Shown here: piece after piece, positions 28,063-37,882 of the stretch
Numbering within the stretch: the stretch's first letter is position 1
Layout of the letters: every line of letters begins with the position of its first letter
Source of the DNA: Candidatus Latescibacterota bacterium
GTDB lineage: Bacteria > Latescibacterota > UBA2968 > UBA8231
DNA: 64,000 nt
Direction of reading: 5' to 3'
NCBI GenBank assembly: GCA_963422735.1
Contig: OY730476.1
Coordinates: 1,600,001 to 1,664,000, forward strand
Notes under the pieces: generated by a model
The model's database searches: none
Seen by the model: the letters and a program-made list of their open reading frames with translations, nothing else
What the model was told of the DNA's origin: nothing
Made by a program: the position numbers and the translations under genes

Positions 28063-29544
28063 TTACACGTCGTAGTATAGGGCGAACTCATAGGGATGGG
28101 GTCTGAGTCTTATGGCGTCGATTTCTTGGGTGCGCTTGTAGTCGATCCAGGCGTCGATCAGGTCGTCGGAGAACACATCGCCCTGCAACAGGAAGTCTCG
28201 GTCCTGCTCCAAGTGCTCCAACGACGCCTCCAACGACCCCGCCGTCTGCGGCACCCCAGCCCGCTCCTCAGCCGACAGATCATACAGATTCTTGTCCAGT
28301 GGGGCCCCCGGATCCAGCTGCTGCTCAATGCCGTCCAACCCCGCCATCAGCATCGCCGACAGCGCCAAGTAGATGTTGCACGACGGATCGGGACAACGAA
28401 ACTCCACCCGCTTGCTCTTGGGTGAAGGTGAATACATCGGAATGCGCACCGACGCACTGCGGTTGCGCTGCGAATAGGCCAAGTTGACCGGGGCTTCGTA
28501 GCCTGGCACCAGCCGCTTGTAGGAGTTGGTCGTCGGATTGGTAAAAGCCAACAGCGCCGGCGCGTGGTGCAACAGCCCGCCGATGTAGTGCAGTGCCATC
28601 GGGCTGAGACCGGCGTAGCCACTGCCGGCAAACAGCGGCTGATCACCCTGCCACAGGCTCTGGTGGGTGTGCATGCCCGTGCCGTTGTCCTCAAACAGCG
28701 GCTTGGGCATGAACGTAGCCGTCTTGCCGTGCTGACGCGCCACATTCTTGACGATGTACTTATACAGCATCATCCGGTCGCCGCAAACAAGCAGAGGGCA
28801 AAAGCGGATGTCGATTTCGCCTTGGCCGGCCGTGCCCACCTCGTGGTGGTGAATCTCCACGTCGATGCCGCAGGCGATCATCGTCTGCACCATCTTTGTG
28901 CGGAGGTCTTGCTGGGAGTCGGTCGGCGGCACGGGGAAGTAGCCGCCCTTGTAGTCGGGCTTGTAGCCGAGGTTGGGGCCTTCGTCGGTGCCGCTGTTCC
29001 AGCGGCCTTCCGTCGAGTCAATCGCATAGAAGGCTTGGTGGGCTTGCTGGTCGAACTGGATGTTGTCGAAGACGAAAAACTCGGCTTCGGGGCCGAAGAA
29101 GGCCGTGTCGGCAAGCTGGGTGCGCAGCAAGTAGGCTTGGGCGCGTTGGGCTACGCCCCGGGGATCGCGCCCATAGGGCTGGCGGGTGATGGGGTCTTCA
29201 ATCGAGCAGATCAGCGACAGGGTCGGCACCTCGGTGAACGGATCCATCACGGCGGTGGTTGGATCGGGCAGGACGAGCATGTCGGATTCGTTGATCTCCT
29301 GCCAGCCGCGAATGGAGGAGCCGTCGAAGCCGAGGCCGTCGTCGAACAGGTCGGGTTCGAGGCGGGCAGCCGGCATGGTGAAGTGCTGCCACGTGCCGGG
29401 CAGATCGACGAACTTGAAATCGACCATCTGCGCTTGGTGAGTGCCTGCTAAGGCCAGGGCAGACTCGACCGCACTGAGACGAGATGACTTCGTTTTGGCT
29501 TTCGTTTGAGTCTTGGCTTTAGCTTTAGCTTTGGATTTGGCCAT
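28063..29544 (-). CDS. glnA: Glutamine synthetase type I
   Basis: [37 protein letters not shown], adenylylation-site motif KNLYDL. Confidence 0.98.
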   Translation of the reverse strand: MAKSKAKAKAKTQTKAKTKSSRLSAVESALALAGTHQAQMVDFKFVDLPGTWQHFTMPAARLEPDLFDDGLGFDGSSIRGWQEINESDMLVLPDPTTAVMDPFTEVPTLSLICSIEDPITRQPYGRDPRGVAQRAQAYLLRTQLADTAFFGPEAEFFVFDNIQFDQQAHQAFYAIDSTEGRWNSGTDEGPNLGYKPDYKGGYFPVPPTDSQQDLRTKMVQTMIACGIDVEIHHHEVGTAGQGEIDIRFCPLLVCGDRMMLYKYIVKNVARQHGKTATFMPKPLFEDNGTGMHTHQSLWQGDQPLFAGSGYAGLSPMALHYIGGLLHHAPALLAFTNPTTNSYKRLVPGYEAPVNLAYSQRNRSASVRIPMYSPSPKSKRVEFRCPDPSCNIYLALSAMLMAGLDGIEQQLDPGAPLDKNLYDLSAEERAGVPQTAGSLEASLEHLEQDRDFLLQGDVFSDDLIDAWIDYKRTQEIDAIRLRPHPYEFALYYDV

Positions 29545-29582
29545 GAGCAATTCCTTTCGCAAAGTAGTGGTTGAGATGGGAT

Positions 29583-29616
29583 CAGGGGGCGCGCTCCCCG
29601 CAGCACGCGCCCCCTG
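29583..29616. other. GC-rich intergenic hairpin between the channel gene and glnA
   Basis: CAGGGGGCGCG...CGCGCCCCCTG 11-bp stem without U-tract. Confidence 0.4.
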
Positions 29617-29664
29617 CTTCCGATCGGCTCCCGCCGTTTAGGCGCGGGATGTGCCGACCAAGTT

Positions 29665-30354
29665 TTAGAAGCTCCTACCAAAGACGAGGAAGGTGGATTC
29701 CCTGTTGGGGTTGAGGATGTACGAGGCGAAGTAATCGCCTTTGCCGAAGTTGAGGCCGACGCTGACCAAGGCCGGGTCGGTATCTGTGGTGTAAACCCCG
29801 TTGCCGAGGCCGACGCTGACGCTGACGGCGGTTTCTTCCATCTCTCCCAAGTCGTAGGTCGCTTCCGCCCAGAACGAATTGTCGGCGTCGCCGGAGAAGT
29901 TATAGGCAACCAAGGCGCTCAAGGGTACGCCGTCGGGGGCGAGGGACGCGCTGACTTCGAGGATGTGTACTGCGTCTTCGTCGCTGTAGCTGAAGAACAT
30001 GTCGTCTTCGGTCAGGCCCGGGAAGTAGTAGTCGGTCAGGGTAATGCCTATGGGGCCGGAGGAGAAGCTGGCGTAGAGGTCGTTCTCGTTGGCACCGCCG
30101 CCGGAGATCGCCCACGACGACCAAGCACCGACTTCGATGTTGCCGTGGCTGATGGACATGCCCGGCTGGACGCTGACGGCGTTGCCAAAGTCCGTGCCGC
30201 GCCACACGTAGCGGTTGACTACGTCGGCACCAAAGCCGACCCCGGCATCGGTCGGAACAGGGGCTAAGGTCAGCGCGAAGAGAAGGGGTGCGGCAAAAAG
30301 CAAACGGTTCATCAATTTCTCCTTATGGATTGAGGCAAAAAGCAAGCGGTTCAT
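29665..30354 (-). CDS. Outer-membrane beta-barrel channel (TorF/Gcw_chp-like) in the amtB-glnK operon; alternative start at 30312
   Basis: Signal peptide, NRYVWRG, QPG, E-x-D-L-Y, DYYFP motifs, C-terminal Phe. Confidence 0.75.
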   Translation of the reverse strand: MNRLLFASIHKEKLMNRLLFAAPLLFALTLAPVPTDAGVGFGADVVNRYVWRGTDFGNAVSVQPGMSISHGNIEVGAWSSWAISGGGANENDLYASFSSGPIGITLTDYYFPGLTEDDMFFSYSDEDAVHILEVSASLAPDGVPLSALVAYNFSGDADNSFWAEATYDLGEMEETAVSVSVGLGNGVYTTDTDPALVSVGLNFGKGDYFASYILNPNRESTFLVFGRSF

Positions 30355-30375
30355 CAATTTCTCCTTATGGATTGA
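30292..30375. repeat. 42-bp tandem duplication of RBS, start codon and first codons
   Basis: GGCAAAAAGCAA(A/G)CGGTTCATCAATTTCTCCTTATGGATTGA twice, 1 mismatch. Confidence 0.95.
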
Positions 30376-30430
30376 GGTAAAAGGTAAGAGGTGGGGCCGG
30401 TGCAGCCGGGCCACGCCGGCCCCTTGCTTA

Positions 30431-30769
30431 TCACAGGGCGCCTTCGCCCGTCTCGCCGGTGCGGATGCGCACAGCTTCCTGAATCGGTGAGGCAAAGACC
30501 TTGCCGTCGCCGACTTTGCCGGACTTGGCCGCCTCGACGATGGTGTTGATCGCCTGCTCGAGGTCTGCGTCCTTGACGACGACCTCGACTTTGATCTTAG
30601 GGACGAAATCAATGCGGTACTCAGCGCCGCGATAGACCTCGCGGTGACCGCGCTGGCGGCCAAAGCCCCGCACTTCGGTTACGGACATGCCGGCGATGCC
30701 CCGTTCGCCGAGGGCCTTCTGCACGTCCTCAAGGGCCGATGGCCGGAGAAATGCTTCAATTTTATACAT
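30431..30769 (-). CDS. glnK: Nitrogen regulatory protein P-II
   Basis: 112 aa; GFGRQRG, T-loop YRGAEY, GDGKVF, RIRTGE; adjacent to amtB. Confidence 0.95.
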   Translation of the reverse strand: MYKIEAFLRPSALEDVQKALGERGIAGMSVTEVRGFGRQRGHREVYRGAEYRIDFVPKIKVEVVVKDADLEQAINTIVEAAKSGKVGDGKVFASPIQEAVRIRTGETGEGAL

Positions 30770-30787
30770 CGTTAGTTCTCCCCTCGC

Positions 30788-32134
30788 TTAGTTGTTGATG
30801 TGCTGGAAATCCGCGTACGCGGGCTGGCCGTGCTCGCCTAGGTCGAGGCCTTCTTCCTCGTCCTCCTCATCGACGCGGAACCCAAGTATCGCCTTGACAA
30901 TGGTCGCGAGGACAAAGGAGAAGATAAAGGCGAAGGCTGCATACGACAGGGCGCCTAGGATCTGGATGCCCAAGGTGTGGTCGGCGTTGGTGCTGAACAG
31001 CCCGACCGCGACCGTGCCCCAGATGCCGCAGATGCCGTGGACGGAAATCGCGCCTACCGGGTCGTCGATCTTGATGCGGTCGATAAAGACGATGGCAAAT
31101 ACGACGATGATCCCGGCGACCAGCCCAATCCAGATGGCCCCGGCCCAAGTGACCACGTCGGCACCAGCCGTGATGCCAACTAGCCCGGCGAGGATGCCGT
31201 TGAGCGCCATGGTGATGTCGGGCTTTTTAAGGTAGATATAAGAGGTGAAAATCGAGGCCATACAACCGGCCGCAGCGGCGAGGGTCGTGGTGACAAAGAC
31301 CAGCGAGACGCTCGCTGGGTCCGCGCTGAGCACCGAACCGCCGTTGAAGCCGAACCAGCCGAGCCAGAGCATGAAAACGCCGATAGTCGATAGCGGCATA
31401 CTGTGCCCGAGGATGGGCCTGATTTCCCCATTGACGTACTTGCCCTTGCGCGCCCCTAGCACCAAGACTGCGGCGAGGGCCGAGAAGCCGCCAAAGGCGT
31501 GGACTACCGACGAGCCAGCGAAGTCGTAGAAACCGAGGTCGTCGAGCCAGCCGGCACCCCACTTCCAAGAGCCTGCTATGGTGTAGCCAAAGGCCACCAA
31601 GAACGCGGCGTAGAGCATGAAGCCCGACAGCTTGACGCGCTCGGCCACAGCACCGGAGACGATGGTGGCGGCCGTGGCAGCGAACATGGCTTGGAAGATG
31701 AAGTCCGACCAGTAGGTGTAATCTGCGTACTGGTTGGTCAGGTTGGCCACATCGTCGTCAAAGCCGATCCAGCCCTTGAGGGCCAGCACATCGGCGATGA
31801 GCCAATCGTCGCCCGGATACATGATGTTGAAGCCGCACAAGGCGTAGGTGAGGATGCCGGCCGAGAGGATAAAGAGGTTCTTGAAGAGGATGTTGACCGT
31901 ATTCTTCTGCCGGGTCAGGCCGGATTCGAGCATGGCAAAGCCCAAGTGCATGATGAAGACCAAGGCTGCGGCGATGAGAATCCACAGGTTGTCCACCATG
32001 AATTTGGGATAGGCCAAAGGCATGGCTTGAAAGGCTTCTACGGTTTTGAAATCTCCTGCCGAAGCCTGAGTAGTCGCCCCGAGGATCCCGGCACAGATCC
32101 ATAAGAGCGAAGGACGGTTGCGAAAAACAGACAT
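30788..32134 (-). CDS. amtB: Ammonium transporter
   Basis: FQAMFAAT, SGAVAER, DFAGSSVVH, GWFGFNG, DDPVGAISVHG. Confidence 0.97.
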   Translation of the reverse strand: MSVFRNRPSLLWICAGILGATTQASAGDFKTVEAFQAMPLAYPKFMVDNLWILIAAALVFIMHLGFAMLESGLTRQKNTVNILFKNLFILSAGILTYALCGFNIMYPGDDWLIADVLALKGWIGFDDDVANLTNQYADYTYWSDFIFQAMFAATAATIVSGAVAERVKLSGFMLYAAFLVAFGYTIAGSWKWGAGWLDDLGFYDFAGSSVVHAFGGFSALAAVLVLGARKGKYVNGEIRPILGHSMPLSTIGVFMLWLGWFGFNGGSVLSADPASVSLVFVTTTLAAAAGCMASIFTSYIYLKKPDITMALNGILAGLVGITAGADVVTWAGAIWIGLVAGIIVVFAIVFIDRIKIDDPVGAISVHGICGIWGTVAVGLFSTNADHTLGIQILGALSYAAFAFIFSFVLATIVKAILGFRVDEEDEEEGLDLGEHGQPAYADFQHINN

Positions 32135-32215
32135 GGGCAATCCCTTCCCTATGTATGAGATATGAGGAGGCATCCGATCGACGCCTCGTGGGTGCGAACG
32201 TCGGCTTGCTATAAG

Positions 32216-32231
32216 GCAAGAAATGTGCCAA
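32216..32231 (-). promoter_or_regulatory. Sigma54 (-24/-12) promoter of the amtB operon
   Basis: TTGGCAC-ATTTC-TTGC, exact consensus spacing. Confidence 0.85.
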
Positions 32232-32320
32232 GTGGATTGGGCGCGGATACTTCAGAATTGTAGCTTGTTGTAAATTAGGGAGTTAGAAAAAATAACAATA
32301 AAGAGGGAAACGAGACGAGC

Positions 32321-32370
32321 ATAAGCTACAAAATTGGAAATAGAAGAAAAAAAACAATTTCGTAGCTTAT
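32321..32370. promoter_or_regulatory. Candidate enhancer-binding-protein upstream activating sites
   Basis: 16-bp inverted repeat ATAAGCTACAAAATTG / CAATTTCGTAGCTTAT about 100-140 bp upstream of the sigma54 site, with an AT-rich tract between. Confidence 0.65.
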
Positions 32371-32374
32371 ATGG

Positions 32375-33928
32375 CTACTTCTTGTAGTTTTTCGGGCAGA
32401 TGTCTAGTTTTTCGATGCTATAAGAGAAAATGCGGGTCGTAGTGCCGAGGGTGCGGGCAGCCTTGGCCATATTGCCGCGGGCGTTCTTGAGGGCCTCGAT
32501 GATGATTTCTCGTTCATAAGCCCGCATCATCGCCTTAAAGGATCCGGCGACCGGCGTTCCGGTAGCGTCAGCCGTTTGCAAGGAGGGGGGCAGGTGGTGG
32601 CCGTGGATGACGCCGTCGTTACTGAGGATGCTCGCCCGTTCAATGCAGTTTTCCAACTCGCGCACGTTGCCCGGCCAGTGGTAGCTCATCATCATATCAA
32701 TAGCGGGCGTAGAAATGCGGCGCATCTTCACGCCGTGCTGGCGGGAGTACTTTTCTAGGAAGTGGTCGGCTAGTTGGAGGATGTCATCCCGCCGCTGGCG
32801 CAAGGGCGGGATAAAGATGGGAAAGACATTGAGTCGGTAGAAGAGATCCTCGCGGAAGGATCCCTCGACCAGAGCTTTTTCCAAATCTATGTGGGTTGCC
32901 GCCACGACGCGGACATCAATCGGCACTGGGCCGCGGCCACCGAGGCGCTCGACTTCGCGGTTTTGCAGTACGCGGAGCAGCTTGACCTGCGCGTCCGGGC
33001 TAAGCTCGCCGATTTCGTCGAGGAAAATCGTCCCGCCGCGTGCTCGTTCAAACCGGCCGGCTTTGCTCGTCGAGGCCCCGGTGTAAGCTCCGCGCTCGTG
33101 GCCGAATAGCTCGGATTCGACCAAGGTTTCCGGCAGGGCAGCGACATGCACTTTAACAAAGGGTTTGTCGGCGCGTAAGCTGTTGTAATGTATGGCATCT
33201 GCGACAAGTTCCTTACCCGTGCCGCTCGCGCCGCGCAACAGGACCGTGGCGTCGCTGGGGGCCACTTGGCCGATGAGTTGGCCAACCTCCTGCATGGGTC
33301 GGGAGTTGCCGATGAGGTTGGTGGGGTGGAAGCGCTCGCGGAGCTCATTTTGCAGGCGCAAGTTTTCGTCGAGAAGCTGGGTTTGCTCGGCGCGGGCGCG
33401 CTGGCGGGCGGCGACCGATTGGCCGATCATGACGGATATGATGGACAGCAAGCGCACGGTATCTTGCAGGCTTTCGTTGTCTTTATAAGGAATATCGACG
33501 CTAATGGTGCCTACTACCTTCTGCTGCTGGAGGATGGGCACGCAAATGAACGAGGTCTGGCTCTTGGCCGCGCTGCCGCGGGCACCGGTGCGGTTGAGGA
33601 AGAGAGGCTCGCTGCTGATGCGCGGCACGATCACGGGCTTGCCAGATTCTACGACCTTGCCGGTGATGCCTTCCCCGACGTCGTAGCGACCTCGCTTGAT
33701 TTCCGATTGCGAGAGTCCATACGCCACGTCGATGGAGACTTCGGTGGCTTCTTGGCTCAAGATGCTGACCGTCCCCAAGCTCATGTCGAGCCGGTCGCAC
33801 ATGAGCTTGAGAATGACGTTGAGCGCCTCCTCAAACTCGGTCGTCGAGCCTAGTATTTGCCCGATTTCGTGTAGAATGGAGATCTGTTGTTGGGCACGGG
33901 CGTTCGGTAGAGTGGGCATGTAAGGCAT
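32375..33928 (-). CDS. NifA-like GAF + sigma54-interaction + Fis HTH activator
   Basis: GAF (GEGITGKV, FLNRTG), GASGTGKE, ESELFGHERGAYTGA, FREDLFYRLNV, WPGNVRELEN. Confidence 0.92.
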   Translation of the reverse strand: MPYMPTLPNARAQQQISILHEIGQILGSTTEFEEALNVILKLMCDRLDMSLGTVSILSQEATEVSIDVAYGLSQSEIKRGRYDVGEGITGKVVESGKPVIVPRISSEPLFLNRTGARGSAAKSQTSFICVPILQQQKVVGTISVDIPYKDNESLQDTVRLLSIISVMIGQSVAARQRARAEQTQLLDENLRLQNELRERFHPTNLIGNSRPMQEVGQLIGQVAPSDATVLLRGASGTGKELVADAIHYNSLRADKPFVKVHVAALPETLVESELFGHERGAYTGASTSKAGRFERARGGTIFLDEIGELSPDAQVKLLRVLQNREVERLGGRGPVPIDVRVVAATHIDLEKALVEGSFREDLFYRLNVFPIFIPPLRQRRDDILQLADHFLEKYSRQHGVKMRRISTPAIDMMMSYHWPGNVRELENCIERASILSNDGVIHGHHLPPSLQTADATGTPVAGSFKAMMRAYEREIIIEALKNARGNMAKAARTLGTTTRIFSYSIEKLDICPKNYKK

Positions 33929-34099
33929 CCTATTTTATGATATTTTTGTTGTTAGTATGATTAAAAACAACATTTTTGTAAATGGCAAGAAGCCACATAT
34001 TCGTTGTTGAAAAGCGAAAAATAGACAAAATATCCAGTGGTACGCACCACAAAGGGCCTCATTCAATCAAATGTAAAGGAGGTGTCGTACATTGTTGTA

Positions 34100-34114
34100 G
34101 CATAAAATGTGCCA
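34100..34114 (-). promoter_or_regulatory. Sigma54 promoter upstream of the NifA-like gene
   Basis: TGGCAC-ATTTT-ATGC (GG-N10-GC). Confidence 0.65.
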
Positions 34115-34278
34115 TCGCAGGCCAAGGTCCAAAAGATCCGCGGGAATGGTGCGGCCCCGAGGCCGCGGGAAGGTCATTGCCGTAACGCATCAACTCGGTT
34201 ATTATTTTGCGATGAGAATTTCCGTCCTGCAGGCGCGAGGTCTGAAATGTCAGTAAACGGCGGTTGTGCGAGGTTGGC

Positions 34279-35052
34279 ATGAGTCGAGACATGACCGACC
34301 TATTAAATGAATGGTCCTTCGACCCGGAGGCGAATGTGCGAAAAATATCGGGAAGGGATGGGGTTGCGAAGATCCAGATCCGGGTGGATCAAGGGGCCTT
34401 TCAGGGCATTTTGCAGCTAAACCTCGACGGTCGGCCCGACGGCCGACGGCCCCACGGGCGGGATTTTGCCCTCGATTACTACCGAGGCGAATTGGAAAAA
34501 TACCGCCACGAGCACGGGGCCTGCGACGAGAGCTTCGCGCTCGATGAAGCGGCTTGCCGCGAGCTTTTCGACGAGGGGAGCCGCTTGTACAAGCGCTACG
34601 CCTTTCTGATCCAACTGCAAGACTATCGGCGGGTCGTGCGCGATACCGAGCGCAATATGGCACTCTTTCGGTTTGTCAACCGCTATGCCGAGCGCGAAGA
34701 GGACCGCGACAATCTAGAGAAATGGTGGCCTTATATCTTGCGCATCAACGGCATGGCCCGGGCCATGATCGCCATTGGCGACCAAGACTACGATAGCGCG
34801 TTGGCGATCGTGCGGCAGACTCGCGCGCGGATTGACACGCGGCCCGAGGTGGAGGCCGAGGAGTTCTACTTCGAGCGCGAGCGTTCAGAAGTCGCGCTCG
34901 AGGAGTTGGAGCAGGAGATTTTGCAAAAGAGACCGCTGAGCCAAAAGGAGCAGCTAGAGCACTGGCTACAAGAAGCGGTCGATAGCGAAGAATTTGAAAA
35001 AGCCGCGCTCTTGCGCGACGAACTCAAGAAGTTGCGGGAAGGCGAAGGCTGA
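34279..35052 (+). CDS. UvrB/UvrC-motif-containing protein (paralog 1)
   Basis: GRPDGRRPHG...LDYY; C-terminal LQEAVDSEEFEKAALLRDEL UVR motif. Confidence 0.8.
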   Translation: MSRDMTDLLNEWSFDPEANVRKISGRDGVAKIQIRVDQGAFQGILQLNLDGRPDGRRPHGRDFALDYYRGELEKYRHEHGACDESFALDEAACRELFDEGSRLYKRYAFLIQLQDYRRVVRDTERNMALFRFVNRYAEREEDRDNLEKWWPYILRINGMARAMIAIGDQDYDSALAIVRQTRARIDTRPEVEAEEFYFERERSEVALEELEQEILQKRPLSQKEQLEHWLQEAVDSEEFEKAALLRDELKKLREGEG

Positions 35053-35152
35053 GCAGTCGGAAGCCGTCCGCAGGACTCCACTTCCACTACGTACACCCTA
35101 CCGAATTGGCGGTCCGCTGCCCGCGCCTAGGGCAGCGGACTCGCTTGCAATC

Positions 35153-36025
35153 CTAGTAAAACTCCGTCTCATCTACCAACGCGAGGAGCGACTGGTAGCG
35201 AGTCGGATGGCGAAGTTTGCTCAGGGCGCGCTCCTTGAGCTGGCGCACGCGCTCCCGCGTCAGGCCCATCAACCCACCGATCTGCTCCAAGGTCAGAGCT
35301 TGGCTGCCGTCGAGACCGAAGTAGAGGCGAATGATGCGCAACTCGCGGTCTTCAAGGCTGGCGAGGGCTCCCTCTAAGTGGGCGCGGGCCGAGCTTTGCA
35401 AGACGTCGCTGTCGGGCGTCGCCTGATTGTCGTCGGCGAGGAGGCTGAGCAGGCTGCGATCGTCGTCGTCCTCAAAGGACTCGTCGAGCGAACGCACCGA
35501 GCGGGCGCTGAGCATGGTATCGAGAATCTCCTCGGTTGGCAGGCCCAACTCAGCGGCGACTTCCTCGACATCCGGTTCGCTTTCGCGACCTTGGCCCAGC
35601 TTGCGCACGGCCCGCGAAATGTCCTTGAGCAGGCTGAGCTTGTTCAGCGGCAGGCGCACGGTGCGGGCGTGCTCGGCGATGGTCTGCAAGATGGATTGCT
35701 TGATCCACCACACGGCGTACGAGATGAACTTGTATCCCTTGGTGCCGTCGAAACGCTCGGCCGCGGTCAGCAAGCCCACGTTGCCCGCGCTGATTAAGTC
35801 CTCTAGCGAGAGACCTCGGTTCTGGTAGTTTTTGGCCACATCAATGACGAAGCGCAGGTTGGCTTGAACCAACTCGTCGCGGGCGGCCATGTCGCCGCCT
35901 TGGATCCGCGCCGATAGCTCAACTTCCCGCTGGCGGCTCAGCGGCCTAGACTCGGCGATGTCGTCGAAGTAGAGGCGCAGGGTGTTGTCTTCGTCACTTA
36001 GGGCTTCTTGGATCGCGTAAGCCAT
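35153..36025 (-). CDS. Short RpoD/SigA-family sigma70 factor lacking region 1.1
   Basis: ANLRFVI, DLISAGNVGL, KFISYAVWWIKQ, region 4 LTRERVRQLKERAL. Confidence 0.93.
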   Translation of the reverse strand: MAYAIQEALSDEDNTLRLYFDDIAESRPLSRQREVELSARIQGGDMAARDELVQANLRFVIDVAKNYQNRGLSLEDLISAGNVGLLTAAERFDGTKGYKFISYAVWWIKQSILQTIAEHARTVRLPLNKLSLLKDISRAVRKLGQGRESEPDVEEVAAELGLPTEEILDTMLSARSVRSLDESFEDDDDRSLLSLLADDNQATPDSDVLQSSARAHLEGALASLEDRELRIIRLYFGLDGSQALTLEQIGGLMGLTRERVRQLKERALSKLRHPTRYQSLLALVDETEFY

Positions 36026-36060
36026 GTTACGAAACCTCCCTTGGGTAATGGGGTCAGCAG

Positions 36061-36470
36061 GCGCAAATTTTTGCACTCAGTTGCAACAATTTTGGGCCAA
36101 TGTCCTGCAAGGCACTTGAATTGCGCGAGTTAGAAGGGTTAGGCCCTAGTGTGTCAAAGTGCATAATTTGCACTCTCACCATTTTAATTGGGGGCCGCAA
36201 AGTGCCCCCGCGTTGCTCAATGCTTGGTGCGCCAAAAATGTTTGCTCTGTATTAACAGATAGTTAAGGTCGATATGTGCCGTGAAACCCTTCCGGTCTCG
36301 TGGAGGGGCGAGAGGCGCGCCTTTCAACCTACGTATAGATAAGCAAATCCAATGCCACATGTGGCTGATGGCCAATTAAGACATTGTAAATGCGCTATTT
36401 ACGAAAAGATTACTGCCGGGCGAGTAGCAAGTCGATGGGCCGCGCAAGTGCAAAAGTGCAAAAAATGCAG
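36061..36470. promoter_or_regulatory. Repeated GTGCA-N5-TGCAC-type palindromes, candidate activator sites
   Basis: GCGCAAATTTTTGCAC (36061), GTGCATAATTTGCAC (36159), GTGCAAAAAATGCAG (36456). Confidence 0.5.
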
Positions 36471-36473
36471 GTG

Positions 36474-37838
36474 CTACTTAGTTGTGATGTTGTATCGCTT
36501 GATCTTGTACTGGAGGGAGCGGACGCTAATGCCCAAAATGGCGGCCGCTTCGCGGCGGTTGCCCGTGAGGCGTTGAAGGGTCTGGCGGATGAGTTCGGCT
36601 TCGACCTCTTGCAGGGAAGAGCCGAGGGCCATTGAGAACTGTCCGGGGCCATCGGCTAGCTCGCCGAGTGGGCCGGGCAGGTGTTCGGGGAGGATGACTG
36701 CAGCCGGGGTGGTGACCACGAGCCGCTGAAGCAGGTTGCGCAATTGGCGCACATTGCCCGGCCAATTATAGGCGATGAGGCCCTCCATGGCTTCCGGGCT
36801 GATTTTCTTTGGGGGCTTGTTCTGAGCGCGGCAGGCTTCGTCGAGACACATTTCAACTAAGACCGGGATGTCTTCCCGCCGCTGGCGCAAGGGGGGAATG
36901 TCGATGGGGATCACGTTGAGCCGGTAGTACAGGTCTTCGCGGAAGGCACCTGTTGCGACAGCGTCTTCAAGGTCGCGGTTGGTCGCGGCGATGATGCGCA
37001 CATCGGCGCGGTGGACCTGCGGGTCCCCAAGCGGTTGGAACTCGTGGGACTCTAGGACGCGCAAAAGCTCGACCTGATTTTTGTGCGAGACCTCGCCGAT
37101 TTCGTCGAGGAAGAGGGTCCCGCCCTCGGCGAGGGTGAAACGGCCGGGCCGGTCGGCGTGGGCGCTGGTAAAGGCCCCGCGCTTGTGGCCGAACAGTTCG
37201 CTGGTAAAAAGCTCTTCGGTGAAACCGCCGCAGTTGACGGCCACAAAGGGGGCTTCGCGGCGCTTACTGCGCTCGTGGATGGAGCGTGCTACCAAATCCT
37301 TGCCAACGCCGGTCTCGCCGCGCAAGAGCACCGGTACATCCGCTTGGGCCACTTGTTTGATCGTGGCCGCGGCGGCCTGCATGGCCGGGCTGCGGCGCAC
37401 GAGGCGGCGGAAGGGGGCTTCTTTTTCGAGACGGTTGTGGAGCTTGCGGTTTTCGACGACGAGTTCGAAGCGATCAAGTGCACGGGCGACTACGAGCCGC
37501 AAATGGTCTAGATCGACGGGTTTGGTCACTACGTCATACGCGCCTTTGCGCATGGCTTCGACCGCCGTGTGGACGTTGTCGTGGGCCGTGAGTATGATGC
37601 ACAGGGTGGCGGGGTGGCGCTGGCCGATCTCCTGCAAAAGTTGCATCCCAGAGGGGCCGGGCATCTGCAAGTCGAGAACGGCCAAGTGGAAGTCGCCGAC
37701 TCCCAGCATCCGGCGCGTTTGGGCACCGTCCGCAGCGGTTTCGATGGCATAGCCGGGTTTTTGCAACGCCTCTTGCAGCCCTTCGCGGATAAAGAGCGAA
37801 TGGTCGGCGATAAGGATGTTGGCTTGGAGTTGGGGCAT
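36474..37838 (-). CDS. Sigma54-dependent response regulator (NtrC/AtoC family)
   Basis: Receiver domain (LDLQMPG, TKP), GETGVGKD, SELFGHKRGAFTSA, WPGNVRQL, Fis HTH. Confidence 0.93.
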   Translation of the reverse strand: MPQLQANILIADHSLFIREGLQEALQKPGYAIETAADGAQTRRMLGVGDFHLAVLDLQMPGPSGMQLLQEIGQRHPATLCIILTAHDNVHTAVEAMRKGAYDVVTKPVDLDHLRLVVARALDRFELVVENRKLHNRLEKEAPFRRLVRRSPAMQAAAATIKQVAQADVPVLLRGETGVGKDLVARSIHERSKRREAPFVAVNCGGFTEELFTSELFGHKRGAFTSAHADRPGRFTLAEGGTLFLDEIGEVSHKNQVELLRVLESHEFQPLGDPQVHRADVRIIAATNRDLEDAVATGAFREDLYYRLNVIPIDIPPLRQRREDIPVLVEMCLDEACRAQNKPPKKISPEAMEGLIAYNWPGNVRQLRNLLQRLVVTTPAAVILPEHLPGPLGELADGPGQFSMALGSSLQEVEAELIRQTLQRLTGNRREAAAILGISVRSLQYKIKRYNITTK

Positions 37839-37847
37839 GGGCTTTTG

Positions 37848-37875
37848 TTGACAGTGATAGGAAGAGGACTAGCTT
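37848..37875 (+). promoter_or_regulatory. Putative sigma70 promoter of menG (leaderless geometry)
   Basis: TTGACA-N16-TAGCTT ending 7 nt before ATG 37883. Confidence 0.4.
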
Positions 37876-37882
37876 TTCCAGC

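Noticed and set aside
28564-29451. 295-aa + strand ORF
   Set aside because: Antisense shadow of glnA.
30355-30663. Long N-terminal extension of the channel ORF
   Set aside because: It overlaps glnK out of frame; RBS-supported starts are at 30354 and 30312.
32375-33928. Calling the activator nifA and inferring nitrogen fixation
   Set aside because: There are no nif genes in the window and the context is ammonium assimilation.
36082-36100. Possible sigma54 promoter for the sigma70 gene (TGGCCC-AAAATTG-TTGC)
   Set aside because: GG-to-GC spacing is 12 rather than the required 10.
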